Shown in pieces: positions 1-8,634 of a stretch of 55,946 bases of DNA. Position numbers and translations under genes: made by a program. The first letter of the stretch is position 1. Each line of letters opens with the position of its first letter. Source of the DNA: Promethearchaeota archaeon (GTDB lineage: Archaea > Asgardarchaeota > Lokiarchaeia > Sigyniarchaeales > SOKP01); the NCBI GenBank assembly GCA_016839585.1, contig JAEOTZ010000045.1:1-55946 (forward strand), written 5' to 3'. The notes below the pieces were generated by a model, which made no database searches, was not told the DNA's origin, and saw nothing but the letters and a program-made list of their open reading frames with translations.

Positions 1-102
1 TCGCCAAGTTAAGGGTATTAAATCTTCTGCATTAGCAAAACCTGCTTTTTCTAAAATTTTAGCATATTTTTCGCCAACACCCTCAATTTCTATAATTTTC
101 AT
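1..102 (-). CDS. DUF4332-like helix-hairpin-helix protein, N-terminal part (runs off window)
   Basis: Not in ORF track. Manual translation from ATG at 102: MKIIEIEGVGEKYAKILEKAGFANAEDLIPLTWR; IEGVG is an HhH motif. Confidence 0.7.
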   Translation of the reverse strand, partial: MKIIEIEGVGEKYAKILEKAGFANAEDLIPLTWR

Positions 103-248
103 GTTTTTTGCTCCTTAATTTTTTAAATTTTATTTTTAATTTTTATGTTAAATATTGTATGTTCTTTTTTAATATTTTACTCAATAAAAAATTAAATTAA
201 TTTATTTTATTGAAATATAGCAATTTTAACGATAGATTTATTAATTGA

Positions 249-1091
249 ATGCGATTAAATACAATCATGGAAGAAGTTAATGAGAGCTCTGCTGTTGCTG
301 GGGAGATTATGACTCCTAACGTTATAATGCTTGATACTAACTCTACTTTTAAAGATGTAATAGAAAAATTGCATAAACATAATATATCGGCAGTTTTTAT
401 TGAAGACGTTGTTAAAGGCGAATATTTTATAATTACCAAGACTGATGTTATCAATTTCCTTAATACGGGAGGGGTGTTTGAGCAAAATCTTTCAGACATT
501 TCAGTCAAAGATATAATGCAAGGACCAGTAGATATGCTAGATATTGATATATCCATTGATACTATCATCAGATATATGATTGAACATAATTTCAAGCGAG
601 TTTTAATTTCAAAAGGTGATAAACCAGCAGGTGTTGTTTCTACTCGAGATATAATGACATGGAACAATACTTACTTTAAACCTGCTAAACCTCAAATTCT
701 AATTTTCATGGATAATATTAATAGTGCATTTATAGCAAAACACATCTATAGGGATAATATTGATGATGAAATAGACAAGGATTTAATTGACGTGTATGGA
801 GGGGCTTTAAGTTCTATTTCAGCGATAACAGATGAAGTCATCAAAAAGTCGGGAACTATGCGTCAATTGCTTAAAGATAAACGATCCATCCTTTTTGAAC
901 CACACAAGGGAATTACGGGGATATTAATCAGCGATTATAATTCCATTGAACTACGGCGCAAATTGCAGATTGCTACCAAAAAATTTTATGAAACACATTC
1001 AAACATCATCGATTCTAACTATAAAGAGGAGGAAGGAGTTAATAAAGATCTAAATATTGACCCTGTGGTTCCTATTTTCAAAGAAGATTAA
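249..1091 (+). CDS. Tandem CBS pair fused to a C-terminal longin-like domain
   Basis: CBS hallmarks (AGEIMT, HNISAVFI, IITKTDV, VKDIM, GVVSTRDI); C-terminal beta-beta-alpha-beta-beta-beta-alpha pattern with YGGALSSISAI like Asgard longins. Confidence 0.75.
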   Translation: MRLNTIMEEVNESSAVAGEIMTPNVIMLDTNSTFKDVIEKLHKHNISAVFIEDVVKGEYFIITKTDVINFLNTGGVFEQNLSDISVKDIMQGPVDMLDIDISIDTIIRYMIEHNFKRVLISKGDKPAGVVSTRDIMTWNNTYFKPAKPQILIFMDNINSAFIAKHIYRDNIDDEIDKDLIDVYGGALSSISAITDEVIKKSGTMRQLLKDKRSILFEPHKGITGILISDYNSIELRRKLQIATKKFYETHSNIIDSNYKEEEGVNKDLNIDPVVPIFKED

Positions 1092-1146
1092 AGTATTGCA
1101 AAATAAGATTGATTAGCATTGTATTAATTTTCTTTTAATAAACAAT

Positions 1147-2409
1147 CTAATTCTCAAAGCTTTTTATATTGGGTGAGACCATGCTTTTTCTACTATCGAA
1201 TCCAAACTTAAGAACCTTAAAACTCAATAAGAATGGGATTATGCTTAAAAAACTTAGTGTTAAACCGAACAATGTAGTATTTGAAAGTGAAAGTAAAATC
1301 CCCCCAATAATAGGTCCTAAAATTTGAGACATATTATCTAAAGAAGTACTTATTCCCATTATTTTACCCTGATTTCGAAAATCAACTGAACGACTAACAA
1401 ATCCAATAGTTATTCCTCTTGAAGTTGCTCCACTGAAACTTATATAAAAGAGTATTATAAGAAGTTGCCAAACTTCAAATACGAATCCTAAAAGAAAATA
1501 ACTTAATATATAGCTTCCAAGGCCTATCATCGCTGTTTTGGGATCACCGACATTATTTCTAATTCTATTAAAAAAGAAGGCTCTGAAAACAACTTGGAAG
1601 ATTCCCATGGCTGAAAGAAGTAATCCAATAGTTTGAGCATTTAAGCTTAGTCTAATATCACCAAAAAGACTAAAGGTGGTTTGAAAAACCCCAGCAGCAA
1701 CAGCTAGAAAGCTATATTGCAATAAAAGTGTAATAGTTTGCTTATTTTTCCAAATGGAAGGTGTAATTATCTCATTATTTTTATTAATGATTCTATTATG
1801 ACTTAAATCAGGATTTTTAACAATTTCAGTTAAATTATTTGTTTTAATAGGTAATGATTCTTTTAGATAAACTGCAGTGATAATAATCGTAAAACTTGCT
1901 AAAACACTTGATAAAATTCCAGGTCCCATAATACCAAATGCTGATAAAAATCCACCAGCAGCAGGTCCAACTAAAAATGCTAATGTGAATGCGATGCCAA
2001 TATTAGTCATTTGTTTAGGTCTTTCTTTTGGAGGTATAATATCACCTATAACTGCCCTGGAAATTGGGAATTGACCACCAAATATCCCATCGACTATTCG
2101 TGCAATAAAAAGCATTTGTATATTTCGTGAAAAAGTTAAAATTATAAACCCTGCTAAAGTTCCTACTTGTGATATTAATAATAAAGGCTTTCTACCATAC
2201 TTATCACTTAATTTCCCTAAGATTGGTCCGAAAAAGAATCCAAATATAGCATTAGAACTAAGTAATAGCCCAATAATTAAGGGAGAACTATTATATTCTT
2301 TCATAAAAAAGGGTAAATATGGTAATATAATACTAAAACCTAAAATATCAACAAATACAGCGACCCATAAAGGTGTTAATCTTGGGTATTGCATAAAACT
2401 CTTTTTCAT
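1147..2409 (-). CDS. MFS transporter, TetA/DHA1-like
   Basis: About 12 TM; motif A GKLSDKYGRKP, ARIVDG, motif C GPAAGG. Confidence 0.9.
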   Translation of the reverse strand: MKKSFMQYPRLTPLWVAVFVDILGFSIILPYLPFFMKEYNSSPLIIGLLLSSNAIFGFFFGPILGKLSDKYGRKPLLLISQVGTLAGFIILTFSRNIQMLFIARIVDGIFGGQFPISRAVIGDIIPPKERPKQMTNIGIAFTLAFLVGPAAGGFLSAFGIMGPGILSSVLASFTIIITAVYLKESLPIKTNNLTEIVKNPDLSHNRIINKNNEIITPSIWKNKQTITLLLQYSFLAVAAGVFQTTFSLFGDIRLSLNAQTIGLLLSAMGIFQVVFRAFFFNRIRNNVGDPKTAMIGLGSYILSYFLLGFVFEVWQLLIILFYISFSGATSRGITIGFVSRSVDFRNQGKIMGISTSLDNMSQILGPIIGGILLSLSNTTLFGLTLSFLSIIPFLLSFKVLKFGFDSRKSMVSPNIKSFEN

Positions 2410-2562
2410 ATCTTTTCAAAATAGGTTAGAAATTATAAGGATTTAGTTGATATATTATTCATATTCTTACAATCTCTCAATATTCATACAGTAAAAGATC
2501 AAGATTTTATTTTTAATTATAAACAACAATTAGATAAAAGAAATTTTCTATATTATTATCAA

Positions 2563-3168
2563 ATGACTGAAGTATCAGAATTAGTAGAAAAAGGATATGA
2601 TAAAATCGCAAGAGATTATTATACCCACAGGGATTTGAACAAATTTAATAGTGAATTAGATAAATTTATTTCATTACTTCCTAAAAATGCACATGTGTTA
2701 GATGTGGGTTGTGGAGCAGGTATACCAACAGCTAAATACTTAGTTCAAAGAAATATAGATGTAACTGGTATAGACATTTCAGATGTGATGATAAACATGG
2801 CAAAGAAGAATGTCCCGAACGCAAATTTTTTTAAAATAGATATGAATAATTTAAAATTTGATGAAAATACATTCGATGGTATTATCTCTGTTTATGCTCT
2901 TTTTCATGTACCCAAAAAAAACCATCCCTCCATATTTAAACAATTTTATAATATCTTGAAGCCAGGGGGAATTTTATTAATTAATACTGGCGTATCTGAA
3001 TCAGAGGGGATTAATGATTTTTTTGGAGCTCCAATGTTTTGGAGTAATCATGACCCGCAAATTACATTACACCTAGTAAAGGAAGCAGGATTTTTAATTA
3101 TTTTTGAGGGTGTCTTAGTTAGAGGAGGGGAATTTCAATATTGGGTCTTTGGAAAAAAAAACTTTTAG
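2563..3168 (+). CDS. Class I SAM-dependent methyltransferase
   Basis: VLDVGCGAG, FDGII, LKPGG. Confidence 0.9.
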   Translation: MTEVSELVEKGYDKIARDYYTHRDLNKFNSELDKFISLLPKNAHVLDVGCGAGIPTAKYLVQRNIDVTGIDISDVMINMAKKNVPNANFFKIDMNNLKFDENTFDGIISVYALFHVPKKNHPSIFKQFYNILKPGGILLINTGVSESEGINDFFGAPMFWSNHDPQITLHLVKEAGFLIIFEGVLVRGGEFQYWVFGKKNF

Positions 3169-3192
3169 AATAAATCAAATTTTAATTAATTC

Positions 3193-3675
3193 TTGGTAAT
3201 AGAACTTATGTCATCTTTAAATAGAGAAAAATTGCATACAAACTGTAGAGAATCTTTAGAGAAAGACAAAGATTTCATTCCTCGGAAATATACACTCACT
3301 CATTCAGATTCCACAGGAGAATTATATTTGACAATAGATTGTGATTATGATTACAATCAGATCTCAGGATTTTATACTCGTTTTATGAGGGATGAGATTT
3401 TAGCAGAATGGCAAAGAATTGATGATAAGGAGGAATTGCATGTATATGCACATGTTAGTGGCGGGTTAGTTTTTGGATGGGCCGCATTAAGATATAGAAT
3501 TTTTAAACATCATATGCCAACGGTGCTACAAACTATTAGAGAGGGAGATACTCAATTGTTTGAGATTTTTCCAGTACTTGACAATGCTCCTATATTTGTG
3601 TATTTTTTATCAAAAAATAAAAAATATAATAAAATTGAAAATTATGGAACTTTAAAAGATTATAAGCTAAATTAA
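3193..3675 (+). CDS. Staygreen (SGR) family protein, Mg-dechelatase homologue; start possibly ATG at 3208
   Basis: PRKYTLTHSDSTGELYLTI, MRDEILAEW, LHVYAHVSG, RYRIF are Staygreen family motifs. Confidence 0.85.
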   Translation: MVIELMSSLNREKLHTNCRESLEKDKDFIPRKYTLTHSDSTGELYLTIDCDYDYNQISGFYTRFMRDEILAEWQRIDDKEELHVYAHVSGGLVFGWAALRYRIFKHHMPTVLQTIREGDTQLFEIFPVLDNAPIFVYFLSKNKKYNKIENYGTLKDYKLN

Positions 3676-3880
3676 TTCAAAATCTTAAAAAAAATTATAT
3701 AGCAAAATTTTTTTAAAAATTTTCAAAAATCCAAAAGAATTATTTCAATTCTAATTTTTTTTTGAAAAAGGATAAAGCGATTTAAATTATTAATAACTAT
3801 TTGTTCTTATTAATAATATATAAAAGAGAAACAAATAATAATTAGTCAAATTTTTGAATTCTTAAAAGAAAGGAAACACA

Positions 3881-4627
3881 ATGACAGTCATCACTTATAA
3901 AGTAGTTTTCGATGGTCGGATTGATGATAACTTAAAAAATGAGATTGACAACGGATTTTTAGAGGAAGTAATTGATGATGCACAAACTAAGGTAGTTATA
4001 GGAGTAGATTTTTATTCTAAAGATTTTAATCTATATGGTAAAGGGATAAGAGCTCAAGTTTGGATCTTAAGTCAAGATCAAATGTTTAAGACAATAAAGG
4101 CTATGTATTACAAGGGTGCGAATCTTGTTATATATGTGAAATCTGATAATTCATCTACTGTTGAAAAATTAATAGATTCTTTTAAAAATGCTAAGATTAA
4201 TCCAAATAATATAATTTTAATAGAGTCTACAGAAGATTTTACTGAAGCTTTTTTTGAATATGCAATTGTAATTACTTTGTATCATGATGGATTAATAAGT
4301 TCTAGTACGTTCAGAGAGAAAAAAGTTGTTTATGAGAAAGGGAATAACCCAAAATTTACAGTTTTAAGTGATTATTTAGAATCAGAGGAATATGAAATTA
4401 AAAATTTGAAAGATTTACTATTAAGAAAAGAGGAGGAAATTGAAGAATTAAGAAAGCTAGTTAAATTTAAAGATAAACAAATAAGCAATTTAAAAGATTC
4501 CCTCCAATCGAAAGATAAACTCATAAGATCACAAATTAACGAAATGAAAATTATTGCAAATTCTGTAAAGATTAAAGAAAAAGAACTTGAGGATCTACGA
4601 AAAGAATTAAAGCTTAAAAATAAGTAA
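3881..4627 (+). CDS. Degenerate Rab-like small-GTPase domain fused to a C-terminal coiled coil
   Basis: IGVDF, RAQVW, MFKTIK, YYKGA match RabF motifs; no GxxxxGK[ST], DxxG or NKxD; last ~80 aa are E/K/L heptads. Confidence 0.65.
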   Translation: MTVITYKVVFDGRIDDNLKNEIDNGFLEEVIDDAQTKVVIGVDFYSKDFNLYGKGIRAQVWILSQDQMFKTIKAMYYKGANLVIYVKSDNSSTVEKLIDSFKNAKINPNNIILIESTEDFTEAFFEYAIVITLYHDGLISSSTFREKKVVYEKGNNPKFTVLSDYLESEEYEIKNLKDLLLRKEEEIEELRKLVKFKDKQISNLKDSLQSKDKLIRSQINEMKIIANSVKIKEKELEDLRKELKLKNK

Positions 4628-4852
4628 ATAAATGATTTAAAGAATTCGAAAACATAACTCGGTATTTTTCCTTAATTATTTTAAAATTATTATTTTTATA
4701 TCTAATCAACAAAATAATATAAAATTATAGTACATATTATCTGGGCAATATGATTATTAAAAAATGATGAATGTATTGATTATTACATATTTAAAGACTT
4801 ACATAAAATTGATTCAATTATTAATTAAGTAGCTAAATAGTTATACACACTC

Positions 4853-5260
4853 ATGGAATTAAATGGTTATATAGAGGATCCAAAGGTTAATGATGAGGAT
4901 CTTGGGAAAAATTTAGAAGCGTTATTGCATATGTTTTTAATTAAAAATCCAAATATTAATGCCGCAGCAGTAATCACTACTGAGGGCCTCCCAATTATTT
5001 CTGCTATTTCTCATCGTTTAGATGAAACAAGAATCGCGGCCATGTCAGCTACACTACTTTCTTTGGCAGAAAGGGCTATAAAAGAAATGGAGAGAGGAGA
5101 TTTCAATGAACTTTTTATTAAGGGAACAGAAGGATACTTAATATTAGTACAGGCAGGACCTCATGCTGTTTTAATGCTTTCTACAAACATAGATGTTCAA
5201 CTTGGATTATTATTTTTTGAGTGTGAAAGAATATGCGAAAAGATTGCATTCCTAATATGA
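4853..5260 (+). CDS. Roadblock/LC7 (MglB-like) protein
   Basis: AAAVITTEGLPI, IAAMSATLLSLAERA, QLGLLF. Confidence 0.9.
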   Translation: MELNGYIEDPKVNDEDLGKNLEALLHMFLIKNPNINAAAVITTEGLPIISAISHRLDETRIAAMSATLLSLAERAIKEMERGDFNELFIKGTEGYLILVQAGPHAVLMLSTNIDVQLGLLFFECERICEKIAFLI

Positions 5261-5299
5261 TTTAACAAACTTATTATTATTTCTATATTAATCATTATT

Positions 5300-6169
5300 A
5301 TGATCTTCTCTAAACCAATAACAGAAATCATAAAAGAGCGTACTTCATGGAGAACCTATTCTCCTATACCAATCGAAAAAGATAAGGAAGAACGTTTAAA
5401 AGAAATACTTACCCTTAAAAATTTCTCAAGCCCGTTTAGTAAGATTTCTGGTAAATGTCGATTTGAACTCATTAGTGTACCTGAGTTTGAACCAAATGAA
5501 AAGAAAAAGTTAGGAACGTATGGATTAATCTCAGGAGCTCAAGAATTCATAGTGGGCGCTACTGAAAAATCAAAATATAACCTTGAAAACTATGGTTATT
5601 TAATGGAATCGATTATTTTAGCTGCTACTGATATGGGACTAGGTACGTGTTGGTTAGGGGGAACCTTCAATCGCAGTTTGTTTTCTGCAAAAATTAATTG
5701 TAATTCAAATGAAATAGTTCCAGCAATTTCTCCTATAGGATATACTCCAGAAAATCGCAGCTTTAAAGAAAAAGTAATCCGTAAGTTTGCCAAGGCAAAA
5801 GATCGATATCAATGGGATAAACTCTTTTTCAATGATAATTTTAATACACCTCTCAACCAAGAAGAAGCTGGAAAGTATGTTCCTCTGCTTGAAATGGTTC
5901 GCCTTGGTCCTTCTGCTGGAAATAAACAGCCATGGAGAATTGTTAAAGAATCAGATAATAATATTTACCATTTCTATGTAAAAAGTTCGAAAAGTAAGTT
6001 TGGTATTAAATATAGTATGTTTATACACCTCGATATAGGAATTGCAATTTGCCATTTTGACCTAACTGCTAGGAAACTTGAAATTGGAGGAAATTGGGAA
6101 TTCCTCCAACCAAAAGTTAATGAAATCGAAGGATTAGATTATATTATATCTTGGAATGGCTCTCCCTGA
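5300..6169 (+). CDS. Nitroreductase family protein (two-module type)
   Basis: RTSWRTY, GLGTCWLGG, PSAGNKQPWR, DIGIAICHF. Confidence 0.85.
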   Translation: MIFSKPITEIIKERTSWRTYSPIPIEKDKEERLKEILTLKNFSSPFSKISGKCRFELISVPEFEPNEKKKLGTYGLISGAQEFIVGATEKSKYNLENYGYLMESIILAATDMGLGTCWLGGTFNRSLFSAKINCNSNEIVPAISPIGYTPENRSFKEKVIRKFAKAKDRYQWDKLFFNDNFNTPLNQEEAGKYVPLLEMVRLGPSAGNKQPWRIVKESDNNIYHFYVKSSKSKFGIKYSMFIHLDIGIAICHFDLTARKLEIGGNWEFLQPKVNEIEGLDYIISWNGSP

Positions 6170-6255
6170 GAATTTTTAATACAATATTAAAAATCTAATA
6201 TAAATATATCTTATAAACCATTTTTAACTATATCAGCACAAGAAGTTATTGTTTT

Positions 6256-6807
6256 TTGAATATGAAAAATTTTTCAAATTATTGGAATGCAATATCCTTT
6301 GCATTTATTAAACATGGCAACCTAAAACGAAAGGCTAAGAATGTCCCTTATGTCATTCATCCAATTCGAGTTACTTCAATTTTAAGAGCAACTGGTTTTA
6401 ACGAATTTGAACATGAAGATCTGATGATCGCAGCGTTATTTCATGATTTAGTTGAAGATACTGACACCAGTTTGAAAGAAATTGAAACTCAATTTGGAAA
6501 ATCAGTTTCCCTAATTGTTGCTGAACTTACTAAACCTGATGGGGCTATAGGTAGTAAAAAAGAAAAATGGCTTGAAAATTTTATAGAAAAATCAAAAGAA
6601 GCAAAAATAATTAAAATGGCTGACAGAATAGATAATCTTATGGAAAAGGGAGATATTTGGACTGAAGAAAAACAGAAATTATATGCTGAACAAGCGAAAA
6701 AAATTTTAAAATCTTGTGGTGATGCTAACAAAAAATTAGCTGATAGGTTAGACTATGAAATCAAAAGGGTTTTAGAAACTTATGCTCTTTCAAAGTTCGA
6801 AAAGTAA
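6256..6807 (+). CDS. Stand-alone HD hydrolase, Mesh1/small alarmone hydrolase-like
   Basis: PYVIHP, AALFHDLVEDT, IKMADRIDNL as in the RelA/SpoT hydrolase domain. Confidence 0.8.
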   Translation: MNMKNFSNYWNAISFAFIKHGNLKRKAKNVPYVIHPIRVTSILRATGFNEFEHEDLMIAALFHDLVEDTDTSLKEIETQFGKSVSLIVAELTKPDGAIGSKKEKWLENFIEKSKEAKIIKMADRIDNLMEKGDIWTEEKQKLYAEQAKKILKSCGDANKKLADRLDYEIKRVLETYALSKFEK

Positions 6808-7009
6808 AAATTTAAAAAAAAAAAGTAAAAATTAATATTAGTCTTTTCTTTTCTTTCTAAACCAGGGCAAAACTGTTTTAAGGATTAATTTTTTACATTG
6901 TGCATAATTAGACTTAAAACTTTTAATTCTTAGCAATTTCAGAGCTTATATAATAAAAATTAATTAAAAAAAAATAGGAATTAATTATATCAGATCTCTA
7001 ATTCTTAAA

Positions 7010-8044
7010 TTATACAAACCGCTGGTCAATTACTGTTTGAAATTGTATATTTGAGCGTGGTTGATTTTGATAACCTCCTCTTTTTGAGACTAAGTAAAAC
7101 TGTGCCATGGTTTTATCATGAACTAAGGTAATTCCGCGCCATTTATTATTGTTAGAATTGAATTCGACTACGTTTCCGAGACCAACTCCTTCTCTTATTG
7201 AGAATTCAAATTTTAAACTATTTAAAATCTTAATAAGTTCATCATGATATTCCTTTATTTCTTTTTTCTGTGGTTTGTCTTTAAATCTTAAGGCTTCAAT
7301 TGAAAAGGCTTTAAGAATATCATTACTCATATATTTCCATGCCTCAGAGTTAGCATAAAATTCAATTCCGGTAAATTCCCCGTTTATAAACACAGCAATT
7401 CCACACTGATTTTCTACATTCTTGAAATTATTGACCATCTTTTCTGTTTGTTTTTCAGATTCCTGTGTCATTTCAAGATAACTTTGAGTAGGAGCAACAG
7501 CAATGTCGTAATTCATTTCAACTCTATGGGACTGGATCTCATCCCAAACTGCACCCTGACCTGCTGCTGAAATTGCCTCAAATGCAACATTAGGGTGCAG
7601 TCGTGTATTTGAAGACTTAAACCCTCGTCCCTTCTTATAACTCCATCGTGATTGTTCTACACATTTTGCGGGGATTTTATATTTCTGAGTAGGATTTCCA
7701 GGATTTTGCTTGACGATAGATTGTTTTCCTCCGACGGGTAATAAAATTGGTTCCCAGATTGTTCTATCTTGTTTTCCACCGTGAACGGTCATTCCGAATG
7801 GAATTAATATCTGTTTATCACTTTTATTTATAACTTCTAATTCGCCAACTGCATCAGTTTCAACAATTTCTATTAATTCTAATTCTTCAGCTTCTTTTAT
7901 TGTAATAAATTCAATAAATTTATCATCCTGAACTATAATAGGGATAACAGTCATATTTCTATAAACTTGAGGAGATTCTAACTTAAGAAAACCTAATGGA
8001 TTTTTAAACATAGATTCTACAATTTGAATACTTTCATTTTTCAA
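7010..8044 (-). CDS. ARPP-1 (DUF6569-like) domain protein
   Basis: VGELEVINKS...GGKQDRTI...IPAKCVEQSRW...QGAVWDEI pattern recognised by eye. Confidence 0.7.
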   Translation of the reverse strand: MKNESIQIVESMFKNPLGFLKLESPQVYRNMTVIPIIVQDDKFIEFITIKEAEELELIEIVETDAVGELEVINKSDKQILIPFGMTVHGGKQDRTIWEPILLPVGGKQSIVKQNPGNPTQKYKIPAKCVEQSRWSYKKGRGFKSSNTRLHPNVAFEAISAAGQGAVWDEIQSHRVEMNYDIAVAPTQSYLEMTQESEKQTEKMVNNFKNVENQCGIAVFINGEFTGIEFYANSEAWKYMSNDILKAFSIEALRFKDKPQKKEIKEYHDELIKILNSLKFEFSIREGVGLGNVVEFNSNNNKWRGITLVHDKTMAQFYLVSKRGGYQNQPRSNIQFQTVIDQRFV

Positions 8045-8046
8045 AC

Positions 8047-8460
8047 TTACTCATCCTCCTTTATATTATTTTTATTTTCTTCTTTTTTTTTGGCAACCTC
8101 TTTTTCATAAAGCGGACTTATAAATTGGTTAACAATATCTTCGCCATTTTTAGTAAGTTCTACCCCATAAGAGACTTGGATTTTGCCATTGTCAGTTTTT
8201 CCATTTATTCTTGTTCCTTTTTCTATTTTTAGATCAGGCTCAGGTATTTCTTCTGTATGAGTTTTTATTAGACCACCTCGTTTAAGAGCATTTAGATGAT
8301 AATTTAAACTTTGTTTTTGAATACCGATATTATCAGCCATTTTTTTAGGTCTTTGAGGACTTTCCGAGAGTTCTCGTAAAATATCAGCTCTTACAGGGCT
8401 TCTAAATACAAGTCCGACTTTTTCGAATATTGGTTTTTTCTTTTCTTTCTTTTTTGCCAT
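8047..8460 (-). CDS. ArsR-like winged-helix regulator, co-transcribed with the ARPP-1 gene
   Basis: SPVRADILREL...KQSLNYHLNALKRGGLI, VELTKNG; 2-bp gap to next gene. Confidence 0.8.
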   Translation of the reverse strand: MAKKKEKKKPIFEKVGLVFRSPVRADILRELSESPQRPKKMADNIGIQKQSLNYHLNALKRGGLIKTHTEEIPEPDLKIEKGTRINGKTDNGKIQVSYGVELTKNGEDIVNQFISPLYEKEVAKKKEENKNNIKEDE

Positions 8461-8481
8461 AATTTTTCACATCAGTTTTTG

Positions 8482-8545
8482 GTAAAAGCTTTTTTTACTA
8501 TAAAAGTTTTTACTGTAAAAATAAATAGTCATTTTCATATTTAAA
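8482..8545 (-). promoter_or_regulatory. Candidate promoter with palindromic operators for the ArsR/ARPP-1 operon
   Basis: TTTAAATA on minus strand at 8538-8545; palindromes TTTTTAC-T-GTAAAAA (8507-8521) and GTAAAA-n5-TTTTAC (8482-8498). Confidence 0.45.
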
Positions 8546-8634
8546 TGTTTGTGATTTACAAAATTAAATTTCTTTTATTAAAATCATTTGAATTTGAATA
8601 GGAATAAAATAATAATTTAAGTAAAAATAGATGA

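Noticed and set aside
197-667. Antisense or alternate-frame ORFs overlapping well-supported genes (e.g. 197-667, 1877-2074, 9008-9313, 13711-13998, 26787-27119, 30788-31126, 38106-38393, 47820-48140)
   Set aside because: Shadow ORFs with no motifs, lying inside or across genes that have clear family signatures
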